A DNA stretch of 49,231 nt, from contig CAYIFA010000002.1 of NCBI GenBank assembly GCA_964362625.1, forward strand, positions 1 to 49,231. Reading direction: 5' to 3'. The DNA is from an uncultured Candidatus Saccharibacteria bacterium (GTDB taxonomy: Bacteria > Patescibacteriota > Minisyncoccia > 1-14-0-10-42-19). This document shows, one piece after another, positions 25,957 through 35,354 of this stretch (positions within the stretch are counted from its first letter, which is position 1; each line of letters starts with the position of its first letter). Made by a program: the position numbers and the translations under genes. The notes beneath the pieces are model-generated. The model worked only from the letters and a program-made list of their open reading frames with translations. It did not search any database and was not told the DNA's origin.

Positions 25957-27255
25957 CAATCTCGAGCGCCTTTTTCGGTGGTAAGAAACCGCAAAGCGAT
26001 GCGCTTCGTTGCGCAAATGTTGCAGAAGATGCAAAAGCGCCGGCGGGCCTTCCTTGAGTTTCATTATTTTGCCGTCCGGCAAGTATAGTTCTTCTTCGCG
26101 CTTGGCCAGCGCAATAATTTTAATATTAAACCTCCTAGGTTTAACTATTGATAAGACGGAGTTTAATTGCGGCTTGCCGCCGTCTATTAGCATGACATCC
26201 GGCATGGGCCATTCTGTGTGGTTTAAGCGCCGCGACAGCACTTCGCGAATCATCGCGGTGTCGTTCGGACGATTTGGCATTCTAATTCGGAATTTGCGGT
26301 ATTCGTTTTTATCAGGCCGGCCATCGTCAAATACCACCATGGAGCCAACCGCGAATTTCCCTTGGATGTTTGAAATATCATAGGCCTCAACTCTCTTTGG
26401 TGTTTCTGGCAAGCCCAGTACGTTTTTCAGGTATTCCAATCCTTTGTTTTTGTAAATAACCTCATCGCGCTTAATGATGAAACGGTGTTTGAAAATATTT
26501 TCAAGCGCCTGAATTTGATCGCGTAAACTCCCGGCCTCTTCATAATTTTTGTTGTTGGCAGCCATTTTCATTCCGCGACGGGAAGTTTTTAACACGCGGG
26601 AATATTTGCCCGAGAGAACCGCTTTGATGATTTTCACGTTGTTTCTGTACTGGATTCTTCTATCTTCGAAATCGTCGTATATTTTTTTCGCTCGTTCGTT
26701 TTCTAGGCAACAAACCCCGAGACAACGTCCGATTTCGGCCTGTTGGCAGGGGCGTTTATGAGTCTCTTTACATACACAATACGGAAATGCCCGCCGCAGA
26801 CTTTTTAAAATATATCTAACCGCCCAAGCGTCCGTGAAGGGGCCGATGTATTTGGCCTCGACGCCTTTGGGTCGGGGCTCCGACCCCCGACGCGTGATGC
26901 GGTCGGGGCGTCGGAGCTGGTGAGTAAAAAATATTTTCGGGAACTTTTCTTTAGTAAAACCGACATACAAATATTGTTTGTCATCCCGCATCAGCACGTT
27001 ATATTCCGGCAGGTATTTTTTTATCAGTTCTGCTTCCAAAATCAACGCCTCGACATCCGAATCGGTTTTGCGCCACATGAGCGTATCGGCCTCACGGACC
27101 ATTTGCTGTTTTCGTTCATCCGGTTGGCGAGCAGAAAAATACGACGCAGTCCGCGATTTTAAGTTTTGCGCTTTGCCGATGTAGATAATTTTTGCGCCTT
27201 TTTTGAAAAAATATACACCAGCGTTATTTGGGATATCGGGAGGTTGCTTTTTCAC
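25948..27255 (-). CDS. uvrC: Excinuclease ABC subunit C, short form lacking the C-terminal (HhH)2 domain
   Basis: A GIY-YIG domain (GVYFFKKGAKIIYIGKAQNLKSRTASYF), a Cys-rich block and a UVR domain (YEEAGSLRDQIQALENI). The endonuclease domain (VEAYDISNIQGKFAVGSMVVF) ends at HRFAVSYHRKRRSRLLK. Confidence 0.85.
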   Translation of the reverse strand: MKKQPPDIPNNAGVYFFKKGAKIIYIGKAQNLKSRTASYFSARQPDERKQQMVREADTLMWRKTDSDVEALILEAELIKKYLPEYNVLMRDDKQYLYVGFTKEKFPKIFFTHQLRRPDRITRRGSEPRPKGVEAKYIGPFTDAWAVRYILKSLRRAFPYCVCKETHKRPCQQAEIGRCLGVCCLENERAKKIYDDFEDRRIQYRNNVKIIKAVLSGKYSRVLKTSRRGMKMAANNKNYEEAGSLRDQIQALENIFKHRFIIKRDEVIYKNKGLEYLKNVLGLPETPKRVEAYDISNIQGKFAVGSMVVFDDGRPDKNEYRKFRIRMPNRPNDTAMIREVLSRRLNHTEWPMPDVMLIDGGKPQLNSVLSIVKPRRFNIKIIALAKREEELYLPDGKIMKLKEGPPALLHLLQHLRNEAHRFAVSYHRKRRSRLLK

Positions 27256-27303
27256 GGCGATTACATAATATATTTATAGGTTGCTCATTGCAAGGAGCGA
27301 GCG

Positions 27304-27756
27304 ATGGCCATAACCAAGAAGAAGAAGAAATGGGACAGGTTCCCGTCAAGCTATGATAAATTTCTTGATGCCACATTACGCATTATGTGCGCGGTTTTGA
27401 AAAAAACTAACATAGTATACGTTGTGGATCTAAAATATCCAGAACCGGAGCGAACTAAGAGCGGCAGAGTTGTCTGGAGGCGTAAACGGGTATATGGTTC
27501 TTATGAACCTGAAACCGATACTATAAAAATAAGAATAGTTAAATCGCCGAAAGCCGGGGTACATTTCCATAACAGCGTTAAGCTGATTGTAAAGACGGCT
27601 CTGCATGAAGCAATGGAGAAGCTGAAATCGCGGACGGAATTTTCTATTCGTCACGAATTCATAGAACTGTGGGAGTATAGTCTATTTGAACGCATGAATG
27701 AAAAGCAGATTGCCTATGTTTGGTCGCTTTTGCCATCATTACCCAAAGATCAATAA
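27304..27756 (+). CDS. Hypothetical protein
   Basis: A 150-aa ORF with its own downstream terminator. No family was recognised. Confidence 0.55.
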   Translation: MAITKKKKKWDRFPSSYDKFLDATLRIMCAVLKKTNIVYVVDLKYPEPERTKSGRVVWRRKRVYGSYEPETDTIKIRIVKSPKAGVHFHNSVKLIVKTALHEAMEKLKSRTEFSIRHEFIELWEYSLFERMNEKQIAYVWSLLPSLPKDQ

Positions 27757-27792
27757 AAACCCCTCACCATGAAAAAAGTGAGGGGTTTGATT
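27757..27792 (+). terminator. Rho-independent terminator
   Basis: AAACCCCTCAC (27757-27767) pairs with GTGAGGGGTTT (27778-27788). It begins immediately after the TAA at 27754-27756 and is followed by a T-rich tract. Confidence 0.8.
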
Positions 27793-27822
27793 TGCTCGTA
27801 AGCATTAATATATGATTATTGG

Positions 27823-28446
27823 ATGATAAATAAGCTGGCTCTAGCCGCAGAAAAACCTGGGTATGCTTTTCGATATGCTTTCAATGTTTTTCGGAAATAT
27901 TTTTTGTTGAAAAAAGTCATTAAAAACGGCGAAGTGTTTCTAAGATACAAAGGCGATCTTTATCCGGGGTATCTTTTTAAGAAAAAAGCATCATCTTATA
28001 TAAGGGATAAAGCGCTCGAGTATTGTACGGGGCAGGGAATTGACATAGGCGCCGGCGCGTGGCCGCTGGATGGCGCTTACCCAATTGAAAATATTCCCGA
28101 AGAAAACGCCTATAATCTTGATAAATTTGCGGACTCAAGCTTGGATTTTATTTTTAGTTCGCATTGTCTTGAGCATTTGGATCGCTGGCCAGAAGCGTTG
28201 AAATTGTGGATCAAAAAATTAAAACCCGGCGGTATTTTATTTTTGTACCTTCCGCACGAATCCATGGTAATGTGGCGCCCCGGCGAAATATTCGGGCTTC
28301 AGCACGTATGGAGTCCGACGTGGCAAACCTTAAATCCTTTTTTTGAATCGTGTGGCATGAAGGTCGTTGACTACGACTCTAATCGCGATCGCTACTGGAG
28401 TTTTTATATAGCAGCCAAAAAAACACTACCGCATCGGGAGTGGTAG
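27823..28446 (+). CDS. Class I SAM-dependent methyltransferase
   Basis: GIDIGAGAWPLDG, LDFIFSSHCLEHLDRWPEAL and LKPGGILFLYLPH. Confidence 0.75.
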   Translation: MINKLALAAEKPGYAFRYAFNVFRKYFLLKKVIKNGEVFLRYKGDLYPGYLFKKKASSYIRDKALEYCTGQGIDIGAGAWPLDGAYPIENIPEENAYNLDKFADSSLDFIFSSHCLEHLDRWPEALKLWIKKLKPGGILFLYLPHESMVMWRPGEIFGLQHVWSPTWQTLNPFFESCGMKVVDYDSNRDRYWSFYIAAKKTLPHREW

Positions 28447-28452
28447 TACTTT

Positions 28453-29634
28453 ATGATAGTTTCTTTTTGGAAAAGATATCTTTTTCTGTTCTGTTGTCTG
28501 GTTTTTTCGCCAGTTATTTATTTTTTGATTTGGTTGAGGAAATCCAGAAACCCGGCCACCAAAGGCGAGCCTCGCCAAGGGCGGGAAACCCGACCGCCGA
28601 GAATACTGATTATTCCGCATTTGGCGACTATCGGTGATTTAGTGTGCGCTACTCCAGTTTTTCGCGCGATCAAGAGAAAGTATGCCGATTGTTTTTTGGC
28701 GGTAGTTGTTACAAAAATGACCGCGGGGATTATCCGGCAAAACCCGTATATTGATGAAATAATAATTTATCGCTCAGACGACTTGATCGGCCTAGTCCGG
28801 CAAATTCGGCGCGCGAAATTCGATTGGTCATTTTCTTTGACCGGCTCGCTTTTCGCAACACTTGTAAATTTTTCGGGATTAATTCCAAATCGCGCGGCAA
28901 CGGTTTATGCGGGGCTGAGTTTTAGTCAGCGCATCACTAATTGGTTAAACAACCATACGATCTTTTATCAACACCACACTTATTTGCCCGGGCATTACCT
29001 GAAGATGCTTAAACTGATTGGGATTCAAAATGCGGAAGATAAAAAAGAAGTTTTTACTACCGTTGAAGCTGATAGAAAAGCTGAAAAATTTTTGCAATCT
29101 CACGGCATAATTCCGGGCGATTTGCTTGTCGGGGTTAGCATAACTGCCGGAAATAAAATAAAAGAATGGGGAGATGAAAAATTTAAGGAGCTTGCCGTAA
29201 AAATTGCCGATAAATACAACGCCAAGATACTTTTTCGCGGAGCGAAAGCCGATGAAGAAAGAATTGATAAAGTCTTAGTCGGTCTTGATGCCGGGCGTTT
29301 TATAAAAGAAGTTGATTTTTCCCTGGAGGAGATGCCGTCAGTTATTAAGCGTTTAAATTTGTATGTTGCCGTAGATTCCGGGCCGATTTACGTTGCGCAT
29401 GCGCTTGGTGTTCCGGTAATAGATATTATTGGTCCGGTAGATCCCGGCGAACAACCGCCTCATGATGCTATGGCGATTCAGGTTCGCCCTCCGGCTAATA
29501 TAAAACCTTCAAGTTTTGTTTTCAAAAAACCCGGGGCCCCGCAAGAACACAAGCGAGCGGTAGATTCTATTACTGTTGATATGGCCGTGAATGCTGCTAG
29601 CAATGTGCTAGCGAAGGCCAGCTTTGATAGTTGA
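28453..29634 (+). CDS. Glycosyltransferase family 9 (heptosyltransferase-like) with an N-terminal TM extension
   Basis: ILIIPHLATIGDLVCATPVFRAIKRKY, ITAGNKIKEWGDEKF and LYVAVDSGPIYVAHALGVPVIDIIGP. Confidence 0.8.
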   Translation: MIVSFWKRYLFLFCCLVFSPVIYFLIWLRKSRNPATKGEPRQGRETRPPRILIIPHLATIGDLVCATPVFRAIKRKYADCFLAVVVTKMTAGIIRQNPYIDEIIIYRSDDLIGLVRQIRRAKFDWSFSLTGSLFATLVNFSGLIPNRAATVYAGLSFSQRITNWLNNHTIFYQHHTYLPGHYLKMLKLIGIQNAEDKKEVFTTVEADRKAEKFLQSHGIIPGDLLVGVSITAGNKIKEWGDEKFKELAVKIADKYNAKILFRGAKADEERIDKVLVGLDAGRFIKEVDFSLEEMPSVIKRLNLYVAVDSGPIYVAHALGVPVIDIIGPVDPGEQPPHDAMAIQVRPPANIKPSSFVFKKPGAPQEHKRAVDSITVDMAVNAASNVLAKASFDS

Positions 29635-29677
29635 CAGTTTATCCACAGTTGAAGCTGGTAACTTTTTCGGGGTGGGG

Positions 29678-29686
29678 TGATATAAT
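29678..29686 (+). promoter_or_regulatory. Candidate extended -10 promoter element
   Basis: TGATATAAT (TGnTATAAT) lies 48 nt upstream of the ATG at 29735. There is no experimental support. Confidence 0.3.
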
Positions 29687-29734
29687 TAATAAACGGTCAA
29701 AATTAAACAATTTTATCAGCAATATAATTTTTCT

Positions 29735-30475
29735 ATGACAAAAGAGAAAAATAAGGGCTATTATTATTTCATTTCCGGGCTTACAGCATTTTTGGTGGCG
29801 GCTATGGGGGTTTATGCGACAACCATCGGTGATAGCGTCACGGTCAGCAGTTCTTTTACTTCTAGCGGGTCGGCGACGATGAGCGGCACGCTGGCTGTAA
29901 CTGGCGCGACTACTCTAACCGGTGCCGCCACATTGAGCAGCACGCTTGATGTCACGGGCAATAGTACGTTGGCCTCTGCAGATATAGGCGGCGCTTATAG
30001 TGCCGGCGGTGGTTCGGGCGCGACAATAACAGCTGCCGGAAAAGGACAGTTTAACGGCGATTTGGAAATTAACGGGTTTGCTACAACCACCGCTGCCAGC
30101 GGCAATTTTGTTACCCAAGGGACAGTTGGTGTCGCAACAACCTCTGCTTGGGGTACACTTTCAGCAGAAATGGGCACAACTAACCCCTCATTTGTAGTCT
30201 CCAACAACGGTTCAACCACCCCAGCGTTAATAGTTGGAGGGGTAAACCAGGACGGGCGAGTTGGTATTGCTTCAACTACGCCTAGCAATACATTGGGAGT
30301 TGAAGGCAATGCTATGTTTATTTCAGCAGCTACCACGACCATAACAATTTCCTCCACCGGTTCTGTCAAAGGCGGGTGTTTGCAAATGGAAAATGGTGCT
30401 GGTACGATCATGTATCGGGCATATATTAACGGACCCGGCACCGGATGGACTGTGGAGGCTGGCACTTGCCAATAA
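29735..30475 (+). CDS. Anchored or secreted Thr/Ser/Gly-rich fibre-like repeat protein
   Basis: N-terminal hydrophobic anchor YYYFISGLTAFLVAAMGVYA and repeats of the type TLAVTGATTLTGAATLSSTLDVTGNSTL. It also has GRVGIASTTPSNTLGVEGN, a VGIGTTxP-like tail-fibre-type motif, and two C-terminal Cys residues. Confidence 0.65.
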   Translation: MTKEKNKGYYYFISGLTAFLVAAMGVYATTIGDSVTVSSSFTSSGSATMSGTLAVTGATTLTGAATLSSTLDVTGNSTLASADIGGAYSAGGGSGATITAAGKGQFNGDLEINGFATTTAASGNFVTQGTVGVATTSAWGTLSAEMGTTNPSFVVSNNGSTTPALIVGGVNQDGRVGIASTTPSNTLGVEGNAMFISAATTTITISSTGSVKGGCLQMENGAGTIMYRAYINGPGTGWTVEAGTCQ

Positions 30476-30505
30476 GATTTAATTGTTGCTTAAAAATCTT
30501 CTTAA

Positions 30506-31855
30506 ATGAAAAAAATAGCTTTGCTTTTAAGCATAGTCCTCGGTCCGCTTACAGTGTTGGCGGCGAACGAGGTCACTCACACCGGCGTTGTTACTTTAGT
30601 TTTGCCTTCAGATAGTACTGAATATACATTAGAAGGTCATTCCAAATTTGATTCATTAAAAATAAACAATGCCAATTTTGAATTCGTACTTTCTACCGGC
30701 GGAAAAATCTCTATTCTATCAGCTGGTAAAAAAAATCTGAAAAGCAGTGTGGCCGGGACATTTGTTTGCGGTGCAAGCCAGTCATCAATATATGTTGACG
30801 CACAGCCAGATAGCACTACTGTCACCATAACTCCTTCCGGTTCATGCACGACTAGCGGCGGTAGCGGTTCTACCGGCGGCGGAGGAGGAATTATTAGTTC
30901 CGGCGGCGGAGGTGGCGGCGGAGGCGGCAGTTCTGTAGTTAGCGCGCCAACAGTTGCGGCGGCAGAACCAGTAGTTACACCAATATCGCAAACTCCAGTC
31001 GTTTCTCCTCCGACGATTGTTGAGCCAGCGCAAGTTGCGCCAACAGCCCCTGCGCCCACGGCAGTTTTTGAAAAGGATCTTTTCTTAGGAGTAGAAAATA
31101 ATGATGTAACCCGCCTGCAGCTTTTATTGTCAGGCGATAAAGAAGTTTATCCAGAAGCGAAAGTAACCGGGTATTACGGTTCGCTCACTAAAAGAGCAGT
31201 GGAGCGCTTTCAGGAAAAATACGGAGTAGCCAGCGCCGGTGTTTTGGGTTTTGGCCGGTTGGGTCCTAAGACACGCGCCAAGCTAGCTGAAGTATTTGGC
31301 GGAGAAGCGCCAATCGCCATGCCTAAAGCTCCGGAAGTTGCCCAGCCATCTCCGGTGGCAACAGCAGTAAGCCCGGTGTTTGACAAGTCGCTTTATTTGG
31401 GATTGTCTAGCCCGGATGTTAAACGGCTTCAGCAACTTTTGAATTCAGATTCGGACACGTGGATCTCGGCTTCCGGAGTCGGTTCTACTGGCAATGAAAC
31501 AAATTATTTCGGCAAGCAAACCGAGAACGCGGTAAAGAAGTTTCAGGATAAATATGATTTGGCGAAGGTTGGCGATCCGGGCTACGGCTACGTTGGGCCG
31601 AAGACCCGCGCGAAATTTAACGAAGTATTCGGTGCCGCCGTAACACCGACGCCACCTCCTCCAGCCCCTGCTCCGTCCGAGACTTCGCAGGGCGCAGCGC
31701 CAGCATCTCTTCCTCCGCTACCCCCTCCACCTCCATCTCCAGCTCCAGTACCTGCACCAGCCGCAGCGCCAACCGAAGTGTCAACGCCAGGCGTACAAAC
31801 AATGTATCCGACCAATGGTCCTAGCGGTAGCATCCAATATCCGTGGGAACAGTGA
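30506..31855 (+). CDS. Secreted protein with two peptidoglycan-binding (PG_binding_1-like) repeats, a poly-Gly tract and Pro-rich linkers
   Basis: Signal peptide MKKIALLLSIVLGPLTVLAA and SGGGGGGGGGSS. The PG-binding repeats are DVTRLQLLL...YYGSLTKRAVERFQEKYGV...LGPKTRAKL and DVKRLQQLL...YFGKQTENAVKKFQDKYDL...VGPKTRAKF. The tail is PPPPAPAPS...LPPLPPPPPSPAPVPAP. Confidence 0.75.
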   Translation: MKKIALLLSIVLGPLTVLAANEVTHTGVVTLVLPSDSTEYTLEGHSKFDSLKINNANFEFVLSTGGKISILSAGKKNLKSSVAGTFVCGASQSSIYVDAQPDSTTVTITPSGSCTTSGGSGSTGGGGGIISSGGGGGGGGGSSVVSAPTVAAAEPVVTPISQTPVVSPPTIVEPAQVAPTAPAPTAVFEKDLFLGVENNDVTRLQLLLSGDKEVYPEAKVTGYYGSLTKRAVERFQEKYGVASAGVLGFGRLGPKTRAKLAEVFGGEAPIAMPKAPEVAQPSPVATAVSPVFDKSLYLGLSSPDVKRLQQLLNSDSDTWISASGVGSTGNETNYFGKQTENAVKKFQDKYDLAKVGDPGYGYVGPKTRAKFNEVFGAAVTPTPPPPAPAPSETSQGAAPASLPPLPPPPPSPAPVPAPAAAPTEVSTPGVQTMYPTNGPSGSIQYPWEQ

Positions 31856-31874
31856 TTTGATAATTTCTCTCGGC

Positions 31875-31909
31875 AAAACGGCCCGGCTAAACCCCGAGGC
31901 CGTTTTTTG
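31875..31909 (+). terminator. Rho-independent terminator
   Basis: AAAACGGCC (31875-31883) pairs with GGCCGTTTT (31898-31906), followed by TTGTTG. Confidence 0.75.
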
Positions 31910-31944
31910 TTGAAAAAATTCCACAGTCCTGTTAGTTTAAATTC

Positions 31945-32946
31945 ATGGTCAAAAACAATAAAACCGCCCTCATAACCGGCATTACCGGCCAGGACGGCTC
32001 TTACCTTGCTGAATTTCTGCTTGAAAAAGGCTACAAAGTTTTTGGGTTGGAAAGACGTATCAGCCACAAGCATTACGAGAATATCGGGCATTTGCTGGTA
32101 CCGAAAAAGAAAATAACTCTTTTGTCGGGGGATTTGCTCGACGAAGCTTCGTTGGTGCACGCCCTTCGCGAAGCAAAGCCGCGGGAAGTTTATAATCTCG
32201 CCGCCCAATCTTTTGTTGCCGACTCCTGGAAACAACCGATATTTACCGGAGACGTAACTGCCCTCGGAGCATTAAGAATGCTTGAGGCAATCCGGCAAGT
32301 TGATCCAAAAATTAAATATTATCAGGCCTCCAGTTCTGAAATGTTCGGCAAAGTCAGCGAGACCCTGCAAAACGAAAAAACCCATTTTTACCCGCGGAGC
32401 CCTTACGGCGCGGCCAAACTTTATGCGCACTGGATAACGGTTAATTACCGCGAATCATACGGGCTTTTTACCGTATCCGGGATTCTTTTTAACCATGAAA
32501 GTCCGCGCCGCGGTTTGGAATTTGTTACGAGAAAAATTACCAATGCCGCCGCTAAGATTAAATTAGGTTTAGCCAAAGATCTAAAACTCGGAAATCTTGA
32601 AGCAAGGCGCGATTGGGGGTTTGCCGGAGACTATGTGCAAGCCATGTGGCAAATGCTTCAGCAAAAAGCACCAAGGGATTATGTTATCGCCACCGGTCAG
32701 ACTCATAGCGTTCGCGAGTTTGTCGAAGAAGCATTTGGCCATTTGGGCTTGGATTGGAAAAAGTATGTAAAAACGGACAAACAGTTCTTGCGGCCAGCTG
32801 AAGTTGACAATCTCCGCGGCGATTCAACTCTCGCCAGGCGCGAACTTAGGTGGACGCCAAAAGTCGGTTTCAAAGAACTCGTGCGGATAATGGTTGATTC
32901 TGATTTGAAGCGATTATCCGAGACAAGGCAAGGTCAAATCACGTGA
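31945..32946 (+). CDS. gmd: GDP-mannose 4,6-dehydratase
   Basis: [53 protein letters not shown] and [10 protein letters not shown]. Confidence 0.9.
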   Translation: MVKNNKTALITGITGQDGSYLAEFLLEKGYKVFGLERRISHKHYENIGHLLVPKKKITLLSGDLLDEASLVHALREAKPREVYNLAAQSFVADSWKQPIFTGDVTALGALRMLEAIRQVDPKIKYYQASSSEMFGKVSETLQNEKTHFYPRSPYGAAKLYAHWITVNYRESYGLFTVSGILFNHESPRRGLEFVTRKITNAAAKIKLGLAKDLKLGNLEARRDWGFAGDYVQAMWQMLQQKAPRDYVIATGQTHSVREFVEEAFGHLGLDWKKYVKTDKQFLRPAEVDNLRGDSTLARRELRWTPKVGFKELVRIMVDSDLKRLSETRQGQIT

Positions 32947-34154
32947 TTAAAAGGAGAACCAAAAAAATCGGCGTCGGCGGAGCGGTGATTACTCCATACG
33001 CTAAACAGTTGGTGAATAAGGTGCTGGATTCCGGCCGGATTTCTTACGGCCCATATTTGCGAAAATTTGAGGAAGATTTTGCAAAATTGTGCCATCGTAA
33101 ATTTGCCATTTCGTCCAATAGCGGCACCAGTTCTTTGCAAGTTGCATTACATGCGCTAAAGGACTTGGATGGGTGGAAAGATGGAGATGAAGTTTTGGTG
33201 CCAAGCGTAACTTTCGTCGCTACTGCCAATGTCGTGGTGCAAAATAAGCTTGCCCCAGTGTTTGTTGACGTGGACCCAAAAACATACAATGTTAATCCGG
33301 GAATTATAGAAGAAAAAATAACTAAGCGCACACGGGCGATAATGCCGGTGCATTTGATGGGGGTATCCGCGGACATGGCGCGGATAATGAAAATAGCGAG
33401 TAAGCATAAACTTCGGGTCATAGAGGATTCATGCGAGGCAGTCGGCGTAAATTACCGCGGACGTCCGGTAGGATCGTTTGGCGATATCGCCTGCTTTTCC
33501 ACGTATATGGCGCATTTAGTTACTACCGGCGTTGGCGGATTTTCGGTTACCAATGATCCGAAACTTGCGGTTTTAATGCGCAGTTTGGTTAATCACGGCC
33601 GTGATTCGATCTATGTGGCTATGGACAATGACCACGGCCTAAGAGGGCATGCCAGATTTCACATGGCTAACGCCCGATTTTCATTTATTAACGTCGGATA
33701 TAGTTATCGGGTGACCGAATTGGAAGGAGCGCTGGGACTCGCCGAGCTCAAGAGTTTGCGGAAAAACATCGCGCTTAGGCAAAAAACCGCAGGTAGTTTG
33801 ATACGGGCGTTAGGTCCGTTTGAAAAATATCTGCAGCTGCCAAGCTGGCCGGATCACGCCGAGCATGCTTTTATGCTCTTCCCGATTGTAATCAGAGATG
33901 GCGCCGGATTTTCGCGCGATGAACTTATACGTCATTTAGAAGACTATAATGTTGAAACTCGATACCTAATGCCGCTTATTAACCAGCCAATCTATAAAAA
34001 AATGTTCGGCGATTTGGAAAAACATTATCCGGTCGCGCGCCATTTAAACCAGAACGGCTTCTACATCGGCTGCCACCCGGAAATGACTAAACGCGATTTG
34101 GAATATGTCGCCGCAGTGTTTAGAGATTTTTTCGTAAAAAGAGGTTTTGCATGA
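32943..34154 (+). CDS. DegT/DnrJ/EryC1-family sugar-modifying enzyme, His-variant; likely a ColD-like GDP-4-keto-6-deoxymannose 3-dehydratase
   Basis: The fold-type I sugar aminotransferase layout is present. The block [15 protein letters not shown] has His (codon 33513-33515, residue 191) where aminotransferases carry the PLP Lys (FSFHAIK). The GTG start overlaps the gmd stop. Confidence 0.65.
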   Translation: MIKRRTKKIGVGGAVITPYAKQLVNKVLDSGRISYGPYLRKFEEDFAKLCHRKFAISSNSGTSSLQVALHALKDLDGWKDGDEVLVPSVTFVATANVVVQNKLAPVFVDVDPKTYNVNPGIIEEKITKRTRAIMPVHLMGVSADMARIMKIASKHKLRVIEDSCEAVGVNYRGRPVGSFGDIACFSTYMAHLVTTGVGGFSVTNDPKLAVLMRSLVNHGRDSIYVAMDNDHGLRGHARFHMANARFSFINVGYSYRVTELEGALGLAELKSLRKNIALRQKTAGSLIRALGPFEKYLQLPSWPDHAEHAFMLFPIVIRDGAGFSRDELIRHLEDYNVETRYLMPLINQPIYKKMFGDLEKHYPVARHLNQNGFYIGCHPEMTKRDLEYVAAVFRDFFVKRGFA

Positions 34155-35341
34155 AAATCGCGATTATTGTACGGCGGATGAATGTGCGAGGCGGGACACA
34201 GCGGCAGGCGTTGGGATTGGCGCGGGAATTAAAAAAACTGGGGCATCAAGTTAAGCTTTATACTTTCGTATACTCTCCGGGCGACTGCTTCCCGGAATTT
34301 TTGAGCGGGCTTGAAGTTGTTTCGTTGAATTATTACCCGCGATACTCTAATTATTTTATAAATTATTTTTCAGAAAACCGGGCTTGCCGCGCGCTCGCCG
34401 CGATGATTGACCGCGATACTGAAGTTTTGAATCCGCACGACCAGGTGGCTTATCGTGTTGCCGCGTATTTTAAAAAAGACGTTAAAAACATTCCGTCGGT
34501 TTGGATGTCAAATGATTTACCGACCAAGCAGTTTTCGTTTTGGAAAGAGAGCCAAATCAACCCAGATCATTCGGCGCCGCTCATCAAAAAAATCATATGG
34601 CGGTTGATTGACTGGTACGAAATTAACAAATTTATTAAGCCGCAAAACGCCATTACGGTTTTAGACAACATGAACAAAGATCATATGCGGAAGTTCATCG
34701 GCAAAGACGCAATGGTGGTGAGGAGCGGTATTGATTTGAACGAATTTAGTTTTGTTAAGCGATCACCGTTACAAAATAAATCCGCAAAAATTCTCGCCAC
34801 CGGGATATTTTTCCCGCACCGCCGGTTTGAAGACGCGATTTCGGCCGCAAAAATATTGCGGGATGGCGGGTATGATGTTGAATTAAATATTGTCGGCGAC
34901 CATCAAAGCGATAAATCGTACTATCAAAAATTGGCTAAACTTGTGAAAGATTGCGGTTTGGAAAGTGCCGTAAATTTCCTCGGAAAAGTTTCTGACGAGG
35001 AACTGCGCCGCCAATACGCCGCTAATGATATTTTCGTTTTTCCGAACCACATGCAAACCTGGGGTTTGGTGGTCATGGAAGCAATGGCTACCGGCCTTCC
35101 GGTGGTTGTTTCAAAAACTACTGGCGCGGCCGAAGTCCTAAAAAACGGCGAAAACGCTATTTTGGTAAATCCCAAATCGCCGGATGAAGTCGCTGACGCC
35201 ATCCGGCAACTTATTGATGACACGAACCTTTATTCGAGACTTTCCCAAAACGGCCGCAAATTTGTTGAAGAAAATATTTCGTGGTCTAAATACGCCCAAA
35301 GGATGTCAGCGGCGTTTGAGGCAGCGCGAAAATTAATATAG
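34151..35341 (+). CDS. Glycosyltransferase family 4
   Basis: NHMQTWGLVVMEAMATGLPVVVSKTTGAAEVLKNGENAILV. Its start overlaps the upstream stop by 4 nt. Confidence 0.85.
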   Translation: MKIAIIVRRMNVRGGTQRQALGLARELKKLGHQVKLYTFVYSPGDCFPEFLSGLEVVSLNYYPRYSNYFINYFSENRACRALAAMIDRDTEVLNPHDQVAYRVAAYFKKDVKNIPSVWMSNDLPTKQFSFWKESQINPDHSAPLIKKIIWRLIDWYEINKFIKPQNAITVLDNMNKDHMRKFIGKDAMVVRSGIDLNEFSFVKRSPLQNKSAKILATGIFFPHRRFEDAISAAKILRDGGYDVELNIVGDHQSDKSYYQKLAKLVKDCGLESAVNFLGKVSDEELRRQYAANDIFVFPNHMQTWGLVVMEAMATGLPVVVSKTTGAAEVLKNGENAILVNPKSPDEVADAIRQLIDDTNLYSRLSQNGRKFVEENISWSKYAQRMSAAFEAARKLI

Positions 35342-35354
35342 CATTAAGGGTATT

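Noticed and set aside
27304-27756. LHEAMEKL in the 150-aa hypothetical protein as a metalloprotease motif.
   Set aside because: The sequence is HExxE, not HExxH, and no third ligand context was recognised.
28453-29634. The GT9 heptosyltransferase-like gene as evidence for LPS core synthesis.
   Set aside because: No lipid A, Kdo or heptose synthesis genes are in the window, and the gene context is a surface-glycan locus. GT9 membership alone does not imply LPS.
29681-29712. A third copy of the 43-bp palindromic element upstream of the fibre-like protein gene.
   Set aside because: Only the left arm and part of the core match (TATAATTAAT..AAACGGTC), and the right arm is degenerate. It is noted in the finding as a possibility but is not annotated as a repeat copy.
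29995-30465. Long antisense ORFs in the track, such as 29995-30465, 30637-31059, 31588-32235, 1649-1933, 2563-2913, 23023-23472 and 21813-22232.
   Set aside because: They lie entirely opposite well-supported genes with recognisable motifs, and their sequences are low-complexity or unbiased. The ORF at 31588-32235 would span a terminator and the gmd start. I treat them as shadow ORFs.
30850-30940. The GGC/GGA/GGT-rich tract encoding poly-Gly, as a phase-variable simple sequence repeat.
   Set aside because: The tract is an imperfect mix of Gly codons rather than a pure tandem repeat. Any trinucleotide slippage would stay in frame, so it is unlikely to act as an on/off contingency switch.
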